Shown here in pieces: positions 41,316 through 49,733 of a stretch of 64,000 nucleotides of DNA (position 1 is the stretch's first letter; every line of letters starts with the position of its first letter). Origin of the DNA: Histomonas meleagridis 2922-C6/04-290x (Eukaryota > Protista > Parabasalia); the NCBI GenBank assembly GCA_020184695.1, contig JAANOX010000134.1, forward strand, positions 124,001 to 188,000, read 5' to 3'. The notes under the pieces were generated by a model, which had not been told where the DNA came from, did not search any database, and saw only the letters and a program-made list of their open reading frames with translations. A program made the translations under genes and the position numbers.

Positions 41316-43193
41316 ATGAAGCACGAAAACATCTCCAAACATCGTGCCAATCTCCCTATTGCAAAATCTCGAAAAGAAATAGTCAAACTTATTTCTGAAA
41401 ATCCTACAACAATTATTATCGGTGAAACAGGCTGTGGTAAATCAACACAAGTACCACAATTTCTTGTTGATTCAGAAGAATTTCGAAATGTTAACATTGC
41501 GATTACTCAACCAAGAAGAGTTTCAGCTTGTTCTCTTGCTCGGCGTGTTGCATTTGAAAGGCATGGAAAAGTTGGGAGAGAAGTTGGTTATAATGTTCGT
41601 TTTGACAATATGTCCAATCCCAAAACTCACATCAAATATTTAACAGACGGTATGCTTTTACGTGAAATTTTGCTTGATTCCGAGTTGTCCAATTATTCAA
41701 TAGTAATTCTTGATGAAATCCACGAAAGAACTGTTCAGACCGATCTCCTCATTGGCCTTCTTAAAGACCTTCAAAAGCGAAGAGATCTTAAAATTGTTCT
41801 AATGTCTGCAACTCTTCATTGCAAATTATTTGTAGATTTTTTTGACAACCCACCCATTATTCATGTTCGTGGTCGTATGTTTCCTGTTGGTATATTCTAT
41901 ACTGATCAACCAGAGAGTGATTATGTTGATGCTTGTTCAATAGCAATTGTTCAATTACATCTTGATCTTGATCCAGGCGATTTTTTAGTCTTTATGACTG
42001 GACAAGAAGAGATTGAAGAACTTGCTGGTCTTCTTCGTACCAAAGATCTTGATCCACCACTTTATGTCCTTCCATTATATGCAGCATTACCAATGTCACA
42101 GCAACAAAAAATCTTTGATCCAGCACCTGAAAACTCCCGGAAAGTAATCTTATCCACTAACATCGCCGAGACCTCTGTTACTATTCCCGGCATTAAATAT
42201 GTAATTGATAGTGGATTGGTAAAGGTTAAATCTTATAACCCTATAACAGGTGTCGAAGTCCTAAACACGTCACCAATCTCCAAAGCGCAAGCAATGCAAC
42301 GCTCAGGTCGTGCAGGACGTGAATTTGCCGGCGGTTGTTTTCGGTTATATACCGAAGAAGCGTTTTTCGACTTGGCCGATTCACCTGTGGCCGAAATCAG
42401 AAGAGCTGACCTAAGCTCAGTGTGTTTGCAATTGCTTGCGATCGGAATTGAAAATCCAGTAAAATTCGAATTCTTAGAAAGACCACCAACATCATTGCTA
42501 ATGGCATCGCTTAACACAATATATGGACTAGGCGCAATGGATAACAGTGGTAAGTTAACTGACGATGGAAAGATTATGGCAAGTTTTCCATTATCACCAA
42601 AAATGACAAAAATTTTATTGCTTGCTTCCAGAAGTGGCTGTGGGAATAAGGCTTTGACTTTAATGTCCATGATGTCATGTGAAAATTTATTCGTGACACC
42701 TAGCGAACAAAGGAAAAAAGCTCGAAACCAACACAAGCTATTTATGGATTCTACTGGTGATCATATTACTTTGATACATATTTATGATGCGTATTTAAAT
42801 GCGATTGATAAACATAAGTTTTGTATGAAGAACTTCCTAAGTCAAAGAGCACTTGAGTACGCCGTCAAAGTTAGAGAACAACTTAAAGAAGTTGCAAATG
42901 AAATGAATGTTGATTTAAGCGAAGACGAAGAGGATGAAGGGAGATTAGACAGATTAAGAAAATGTTTGGCTGATGCTTTGCATGAAAATGTAGCGAGACA
43001 TATTGTGTCAGGTAAATATCAATGTTTAGAAGACGGAACAGAAATACATATTCATCCTTCTTCTTTCGCTTTTAACAGAGCCTTGGATTATATAGTCTTC
43101 TCTGAAAGAGTAATGACTAAAAAGCTGTATGCTAGGTGGGTAAGTCAAGTCGAGCCACCTACAACTAACGAACAATCCACAGAACCCCCCTGA
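41316..43193 (+). CDS. DEAH-box RNA helicase (DHX33/Dhr2- or DHX8-like)
   Basis: GETGCGKST, TQPRRV, TDGMLLRE, DEIHER, MSAT, STNIAETSVTIPG and QRSGRAGR, with HA2/OB tail. Short N-terminus. Confidence 0.95.
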   Translation: MKHENISKHRANLPIAKSRKEIVKLISENPTTIIIGETGCGKSTQVPQFLVDSEEFRNVNIAITQPRRVSACSLARRVAFERHGKVGREVGYNVRFDNMSNPKTHIKYLTDGMLLREILLDSELSNYSIVILDEIHERTVQTDLLIGLLKDLQKRRDLKIVLMSATLHCKLFVDFFDNPPIIHVRGRMFPVGIFYTDQPESDYVDACSIAIVQLHLDLDPGDFLVFMTGQEEIEELAGLLRTKDLDPPLYVLPLYAALPMSQQQKIFDPAPENSRKVILSTNIAETSVTIPGIKYVIDSGLVKVKSYNPITGVEVLNTSPISKAQAMQRSGRAGREFAGGCFRLYTEEAFFDLADSPVAEIRRADLSSVCLQLLAIGIENPVKFEFLERPPTSLLMASLNTIYGLGAMDNSGKLTDDGKIMASFPLSPKMTKILLLASRSGCGNKALTLMSMMSCENLFVTPSEQRKKARNQHKLFMDSTGDHITLIHIYDAYLNAIDKHKFCMKNFLSQRALEYAVKVREQLKEVANEMNVDLSEDEEDEGRLDRLRKCLADALHENVARHIVSGKYQCLEDGTEIHIHPSSFAFNRALDYIVFSERVMTKKLYARWVSQVEPPTTNEQSTEPP

Positions 43194-43346
43194 AATTGTG
43201 ATGACGATAGAGCTTTTCTATGTAACGATTGATTTTTCATAAAAAATTTAATGAGTAAACAAAATTGATAGAATGCATCGCGATGAGGATAGGAAGTAAA
43301 AAAATTCAGAAAAAAAATAAACAAATTCAAAAAGCCGAAAACATCC

Positions 43347-43354
43347 AACGGTTA
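43347..43354 (+). promoter_or_regulatory. M3-like motif AACGGTTA
   Basis: 17 nt upstream of ATG 43371. Confidence 0.55.
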
Positions 43355-43370
43355 ATTGTTCTCCAGTAGG

Positions 43371-44387
43371 ATGGCAACAATCCTTGGAAATAAAATCAAG
43401 AAAGGAGAATCAAAAATAACTCTTCTTTCTAAAATTCCTCGGTTCACATATAGAAGAGGTTTTGAATCTCTTAAAAAAGAAAAACATTATATTCCAATTA
43501 AATCAGATACGAACTGGGGTTGTTGCATTCGTTGCGGACAAAGTATGCTCGTTAACTACCTACAGTCAATCCTTGAACAAAAGCCAGAAGTATTTGAACA
43601 AAAATTCGGACATTCAAATCCTCTAGCGTTATTTAATGATAATTATCAAGCACCATTTTCAATCCATAACATATGCAAGGAGATAATTAATATTGGAGGA
43701 CATGAAGGTGAACGAGCTACTGTTACTCAACTTGCATTTGCTATCCAAAATTTGTTGGATCCTTACAAACTACCAGTATATGTATGTAGAAACTCCACCC
43801 TAGTAATCGACGAGATTGTTCAAATGATTGAAGGCAATCATTTTGTTTTATGTCTTGCTCCATTATTATGTGGATACAAAAAATTTGATACCAAATGTTT
43901 TGATTTCATTGCTTTTTCTCTTGGCCTCAAGAACGGCCTTGGTTTTATTGGTGGCGTTAAGCGCAAATCATTTTATTATGTCGGATTTTCATCGACACAT
44001 TTCTTTTACTTCGATCCACACACAACCAAAAAAAAGGTCACAAACGAGAATCAGTATAAAACATACTATGAGCCTGAGCTTAAATCCATCAAAATTGAAA
44101 ACATCTCATCATCATTAATGATCGCATTTTACTTCACAGACATTGACCAATTTATGGAAACAATTCAAGTGATGCGACAGTTGCCATTTTTGCCGCTTTC
44201 CATCATGGAACATTTTGATCAATCTCTCTTACACGATGAAATTAACATAGATGATAACTCTTTTGCTGAAGAAAGCATAGAAACTGACGAAAGTTCGTCA
44301 GCAAGTTGCGCGTTTGGTGATCCGGATGACTTCGAAATAATTTCTAAAGAGGAACTCTTAAGTGAACTTAGCAACGGCCATCCATAA
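43371..44387 (+). CDS. ATG4: Atg4-like cysteine peptidase (family C54)
   Basis: SDTNWGCCIRCGQ (catalytic Cys region), GFIGGVKRKSFYYVG and YFDPH (Asp/His). Confidence 0.85.
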   Translation: MATILGNKIKKGESKITLLSKIPRFTYRRGFESLKKEKHYIPIKSDTNWGCCIRCGQSMLVNYLQSILEQKPEVFEQKFGHSNPLALFNDNYQAPFSIHNICKEIINIGGHEGERATVTQLAFAIQNLLDPYKLPVYVCRNSTLVIDEIVQMIEGNHFVLCLAPLLCGYKKFDTKCFDFIAFSLGLKNGLGFIGGVKRKSFYYVGFSSTHFFYFDPHTTKKKVTNENQYKTYYEPELKSIKIENISSSLMIAFYFTDIDQFMETIQVMRQLPFLPLSIMEHFDQSLLHDEINIDDNSFAEESIETDESSSASCAFGDPDDFEIISKEELLSELSNGHP

Positions 44388-44679
44388 GGTGTGTTTGTTT
44401 TGTGTTAAATAAAACGTTTTTTTATTAAAATATTGTTCCAATGAATTTTGAAGATTTTCAGATCTGAACAAGTTCCAATCCATCAATGTACATGAAACTT
44501 TGGATGCTTTCTTTTGCATTGCTTAAGAAAAAAATCACTTAATTATCTACAAAAAAATCATAAAATCAAAATATTGTAAAAAAATGTTCTATTTTGCATT
44601 GTTATTAATGTTTTAGCAACAAGGTAAATAAAAACTGTAAACAAAATAAGTATTTTCGTTTTATAAAATTTTGAACAAA

Positions 44680-44922
44680 TTAGAAATAACCTTTTTGATG
44701 CAAAACAAAAAAGAAAACGAAGATTGCACCAAAAATATACATAAACATCCTGACAATGGTATGTATTCTTTGTGTTTCTTTCTTTTTGTCATAATTTCCA
44801 GTTAATTTCCGTAATTCATCCCTTTCTTTCAGAACTAATTCTATTTGTGATTTTTCTGTAGTGTTGTTTGGAATCATTTCTTTTGATTCTTCATCCTTTT
44901 TATTTTTTATGTTTCTTTGCAT
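44680..44922 (-). CDS. Small tail-anchored membrane protein (about 80 aa)
   Basis: Charged coiled N-terminus, one C-terminal TM (IVRMFMYIFGAIFVFFFVL) and a short QKGYF tail. ATG 44922 avoids overlap with calreticulin. Confidence 0.55.
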   Translation of the reverse strand: MQRNIKNKKDEESKEMIPNNTTEKSQIELVLKERDELRKLTGNYDKKKETQRIHTIVRMFMYIFGAIFVFFFVLHQKGYF

Positions 44923-44962
44923 TTGTTCCAGTGAACGTTTAATTATAATAATTTTTTGTTCA

Positions 44963-46117
44963 ATGTTTTCCTTCATATTTTGGAAACTAATTTTCTCAGA
45001 AGTATATTTTGAGGAAAGGTTTGATCGTGGATGGGAAAAGCGTTGGATTAAATCATCAAGAGTATCACCAGGTCAACATTTAGGAAGATTTCGAGTTTCA
45101 GCAGGATCTTATTATTATAACCGAAGATTACAACGAGGTCTTCAAACAGTTGATGATGGTAGTGAGTATCTTATTTCATCTAAATTCAAACAGTGTTTTA
45201 ATACCACAGGGAAAGATTTAATTTTTCAATTTTCATTAAAACTTGAGAACAAGATTGAGCATGGCCAAGCATATCTTAAACTTTTGCCTTCAACATTTAA
45301 TCCCACACAATTTTCACGAAAGTCACCATATCGTATTCTTTTTGGCCCAGATTTTCGAGGTTGGGATCGCCGTCATCTTGACTTTCGTATTTCACGTAAT
45401 CGTACAGAATATAAAACGTATGAACCTATATTAGCATTTAATGATCAATTCACACATGTTTACACATTAATAATTTATTCCAATCAAACGTACAAAATGC
45501 TTAAAGACAATTTCACAGATATTGAAAGTACTCTTGAAGAAGCGTTTGGCTATTGTCAGCCTCGTTATATTCCTGATCCATATGAAGTCAAACCTCAAGA
45601 TTGGGAAGAGCGCGAAAGCATTGAAGATCCTGATGACATTTCACCCGAATTTAACAAAGAAATCCCGCAATTTATTGCAGATGAAACAGCCACAAGGCCG
45701 ACAGATTGGGATGATGCGATCAATGGCATTTGGACTCCGCCGCTCGTTGCTAATCCAGAGTACCGAAGCGAATGGACGCCGCGCCGCATCCCGAATCCTG
45801 CATTTCGTGGCGAATGGAAACCTAAAATGATAAATAATCCTGAGTATGATCCCGACGTTCATTTTGGTAAGCCCGAAGACTTATGTTATGTCGGAATTGA
45901 CGTTTCACAAGACGTTTCAGGATCAATTTGGGATAATATTCTTGTGACAGACGACTTCGAATATGCGCAGAAAATGATGGAAGAAACGTTCAATAGTATC
46001 CAAGAAGGAGAAAGGATTGCATACGCAAAGGCACAACAAAAGAAGGAAAACATGGAAAATGCAGATATTGGATTAAAGGTTAACATTGATAAAGATAAAA
46101 TGCCAAACGAATTATAA
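44963..46117 (+). CDS. Calreticulin-family ER protein
   Basis: VYFEERFD, AYLKLLP, PYRILFGPD, THVYTLI, P-domain KPQDWEE/RPTDWDD..NGIW, GSIWDNILVTDD, and C-terminal PNEL (KDEL-like). Confidence 0.92.
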   Translation: MFSFIFWKLIFSEVYFEERFDRGWEKRWIKSSRVSPGQHLGRFRVSAGSYYYNRRLQRGLQTVDDGSEYLISSKFKQCFNTTGKDLIFQFSLKLENKIEHGQAYLKLLPSTFNPTQFSRKSPYRILFGPDFRGWDRRHLDFRISRNRTEYKTYEPILAFNDQFTHVYTLIIYSNQTYKMLKDNFTDIESTLEEAFGYCQPRYIPDPYEVKPQDWEERESIEDPDDISPEFNKEIPQFIADETATRPTDWDDAINGIWTPPLVANPEYRSEWTPRRIPNPAFRGEWKPKMINNPEYDPDVHFGKPEDLCYVGIDVSQDVSGSIWDNILVTDDFEYAQKMMEETFNSIQEGERIAYAKAQQKKENMENADIGLKVNIDKDKMPNEL

Positions 46118-46399
46118 ATATTATGTAAAAATATAATATAAATGATAATTTGTTTGTAATGTTTTTAATTTTAAATATAAATTATAAATTGAATATATAT
46201 TTTTTCTATGAAATACTTTTAAATTCCAAAAATTTCCAAAAACATTGTTTTGACATGAATTATTCAATTTGATTTACTCAATCATAAAAATTTTTAATCA
46301 TAAAAATAATTATTTCCCATTGTAAGAAATTTTACAATTATACTGTCCATATCATATTTTTTTGAGAATTTTTATTGATATTTATAAAACAAAACGTTA

Positions 46400-46740
46400 A
46401 ATGATGATTGGAAACATCAAAAGAAGCATAATTCAAATGAAATTATAAAGATAATTATCTTTGGAATTCCAAATGTTGAAATAGAAAAACTTTAAGAAAA
46501 TTCATCACAAACAAATTTTGAACCATCACTTTATGAAAGTTAATCATTTATAAATCAAGAAAATGTTTCACTAATTGCCGATGTATCATTCTTTGGATCA
46601 ATTAAATTTTTTAAATATTTACTTGTGAACAATGTAAATGCTGAAGATTATGCAGCTGCAGGTGAAAATGAAGAAATCATTCATCATTTAAAGATGCATA
46701 TGAAGCAGCAATAAATTTCATCAAAATAATATTTTTATGA
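46400..46740 (+). pseudogene. DUF3447/ankyrin-family pseudogene fragment
   Basis: One frame reads NDDWK...IEKL*ENSS...EPSLYES*SFINQENVSLIADVSFFGSIKFFKYLLVNN...YAAAGENEEIIHHL, collinear with the paralog at 53117-54151. In-frame stops at 46493 and 46541. Confidence 0.8.
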
Positions 46741-47002
46741 AATATGTAATAGATATCATAATTCAAATATTTTTAATGTTACAAGATAATAGAATGAATA
46801 TTAATGAAAATTTCTTTCTTATTAAATATTTTCTTGAAGAAAGAACGAATCCAAAAGATATATTCATCATAACCGGTTAATATTGAACAATAAATTTAAT
46901 GTTCAAACGTTTATTTGCTTTGTTTGATATTATTTCGAAACAAAATTTGGAAATTATTTATATTTTCAATTTGCTTCACATCGAATTAAACTTTTTACTC
47001 AC

Positions 47003-49486
47003 TCATAAACTCTTCAAATATTCGCCCACTTTATCGTTATCTCTCTTCATTATCTCCGCCACCATTCGAATCTCTTCGACTCGTTTCTTTATTCCAGCCT
47101 CCGCCACCGGCGTTGGGTTTTCCTTGAAGAACGTTTCGACTTCTTCTGCCTCTTCTTCAGTGTTAAATCCGCTTGTTGCGGAGTCGATAATTGTCTCCAA
47201 GTTGAACGATATCTTACTGAACAATTGGAAGAACTTTTGGTAATTCTCCTTCAGATACGTCCACAGTTCCCTTTCGATGTACGGGTTCATCGATATTCCC
47301 TGGAACACAGTTGTCATGTCTTGCAACTTTACCTTTTCGATCATATCAATCACATTGTTAATTTTATTTTTCGGTACCCAACACAACGCGAACACTGCAT
47401 CCGATTGAAGCTGTGGGTTATCCGAATGTAATGCGATGTTTGATACATATTCGAAACCATCTTCTGAATACATTACACCGCATTTCATTACATAATCAAT
47501 GAGATTTGGATCAATTTCATTTACGTTCGATTTAAATTGTTCGAAAAGTTTCTTTCCAAATGTTATACATTCGGAATCTTCGCATATAAATGTTGTAATA
47601 TTAAGTAATGTCGGACGTAATAATGTTACATCAATTGGTTCATTTTCTTTTGGTAATAATCCAAATTTGTTTATCATTTCTTTGAAGGTTTTCATTCCAA
47701 GTAATTTCAGTTGTTCTTTATGTTGCTTAAATAATGAAATTAGAGAACGAAATGTGTTCGCAATGATACGACATACAAATGGATTGTCTTCAGTGTTATA
47801 ATATTGTAACAATTCAAGAATATTAACATATGAGACAATGCCAATCTTTGCAAGCGCTCGTTGATCATTTAATATGGACCAACGATCGATTGGATTAAGT
47901 TGTTTAGTGCGTATCGCTGATAACAAATTAGTAAACGCTTTACCTTTGTGCCATACGCGACAAAATGCTTTAGAATTAGAGTTGACTTTGACCCAGTCAT
48001 AGTTGGAATCAAGTTTTATGGGTTTGTCTTCAAGCTCGAGTATGATTTCATCGACTTTCCCATCTTTACATACTGATATTGATAATGGTATTGGCCAATA
48101 CTCTTTTCCTTCGACAATTCCATCATTCGTAAACTTAACTTGATGAATCGTCAAGTCTTCTTCAACTATAACAAGTGGGAAATTACAATGGTTAGTCCAT
48201 GCGTCAAAGAATTTCGTCATGTCATATCCCAATACTTTGGAAAATGTGTTACAAAGATCACTTGTGTCTGCATTACTATTGTTAAATTCTGAGAAATATG
48301 ATCGAAGAACTTTACAAAATGATTCTCGACCAAGTTTCGTAAGAAGCATATAAATAACACACGCTGCCTTAGAATAACATATGTCATCAAATACAGATTC
48401 GATCTCTTCTTCACTATTGACCTTAACGTTCACCGGGTGGGTGTGCGCCGATGCATCAGAAAAAAGTGCTGTCGATAACTCCAAAATAACGAACTTCTCC
48501 CAAAAGTGCCACTCGGGGTGGACATCATCAAACGCAATGTATGGGAAAATAGTAGCAAAGCCCTCGTTGAGCCATAAGGAATCCCAAAACTTGGGAGAAA
48601 CAGAATCTCCACTCCATTGATGTGCTAACTCATGTGCAATTGTCATTGAAACATTCATAAGAGTAGATGCAGAACTTGAAGATGGACTGGCAAGAAGACA
48701 TTCTTCACGGAAAATAATAAGACCATAGTTCTCCATAGCACCGGCACTAAATTCTGGAACTGCTAGAAGTTGCATGCGTGGAAGTGGAAAAGGAACACCA
48801 ATGAAGTCTTCATACCAATCAATAAATTTGATACATTCATCAAGTGCAAATTGGAGATGATCTGATTTGCCACTAGTTGCATAAACATCAACTGGAAGAC
48901 CACGAGTAGTAAAACCACTAAGAACATCAAAGGCACCAACAGCAAATGCAAGAAGATAACTACAAATCTTTGGTGTTCGATGAAATTGATATCTCTTTTT
49001 ATCTCCAATAAGAGTGGTGGACTTAACAGGCATGTTACTAAGAGCTAAAAGATGCTTTGGTACAATGAGAGTTAAAAGAAATGTGCTCTTGATAGAAGGT
49101 TCATCGAAACAAGGAAAACATTCACGAGCATGAATGGCTTCAAATTGTGTTGAGCAACATTCGTCATCAACATAATAAAAACCAACTGAATTGGTTTGGA
49201 TTTCTCCATCAAAAATGATTTTGACTGGTGAAGAAGATAATGAATCACCATATATATAAAGTCTACCTCCTTCATGCTTATATTCGAGGTTTTTGCCATT
49301 TTGTTCAATTGTTTTAATTTTGATTGAGCTTTCTGCAAACAGTTCGGCATAAGGTGATGGTTCATTTTGTTGAAAGGTGATAACTTCGCTAGCAGTGAAT
49401 GTTTTACCAGCAATGTCAGGAGTTATCTCGAGGTCATAGTCTGTCGGAATGATTTTTGTTGAGAGCCTAAATGAAATTTCGCTCAT
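47003..49486 (-). CDS. M1 family zinc aminopeptidase (puromycin-sensitive aminopeptidase-like, ERAP1-C domain)
   Basis: TQFEAIHARECFPCFDEP, GAMENYGL, HELAHQW...LWLNEGFA and DDICYSKA. Confidence 0.96.
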   Translation of the reverse strand: MSEISFRLSTKIIPTDYDLEITPDIAGKTFTASEVITFQQNEPSPYAELFAESSIKIKTIEQNGKNLEYKHEGGRLYIYGDSLSSSPVKIIFDGEIQTNSVGFYYVDDECCSTQFEAIHARECFPCFDEPSIKSTFLLTLIVPKHLLALSNMPVKSTTLIGDKKRYQFHRTPKICSYLLAFAVGAFDVLSGFTTRGLPVDVYATSGKSDHLQFALDECIKFIDWYEDFIGVPFPLPRMQLLAVPEFSAGAMENYGLIIFREECLLASPSSSSASTLMNVSMTIAHELAHQWSGDSVSPKFWDSLWLNEGFATIFPYIAFDDVHPEWHFWEKFVILELSTALFSDASAHTHPVNVKVNSEEEIESVFDDICYSKAACVIYMLLTKLGRESFCKVLRSYFSEFNNSNADTSDLCNTFSKVLGYDMTKFFDAWTNHCNFPLVIVEEDLTIHQVKFTNDGIVEGKEYWPIPLSISVCKDGKVDEIILELEDKPIKLDSNYDWVKVNSNSKAFCRVWHKGKAFTNLLSAIRTKQLNPIDRWSILNDQRALAKIGIVSYVNILELLQYYNTEDNPFVCRIIANTFRSLISLFKQHKEQLKLLGMKTFKEMINKFGLLPKENEPIDVTLLRPTLLNITTFICEDSECITFGKKLFEQFKSNVNEIDPNLIDYVMKCGVMYSEDGFEYVSNIALHSDNPQLQSDAVFALCWVPKNKINNVIDMIEKVKLQDMTTVFQGISMNPYIERELWTYLKENYQKFFQLFSKISFNLETIIDSATSGFNTEEEAEEVETFFKENPTPVAEAGIKKRVEEIRMVAEIMKRDNDKVGEYLKSL

Positions 49487-49733
49487 TAAATTACTTAAAT
49501 CTTTTTGTGATGTTTACATATGTAAACTGTTGATCATTTTGTCAAAATGTGAAGTGAACAATTTTTATGTACTTTTTGTTTCATAAAAATTCTAGCAATA
49601 GTCTTTAAAGACTTATTTGAGTTTACAAAACCAATCCTTTATCAATGAGAACGAATTTATTCTCAAAGAAGTTTCAAGAGAAGTAAATATAAAAATTAAT
49701 TAGTTCCATTTATTACAACAATATATTTCCCAT

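Noticed and set aside
46899-47243. 114-aa plus-strand ORF overlapping the aminopeptidase 3' end
   Set aside because: Antisense shadow of a well-supported gene.
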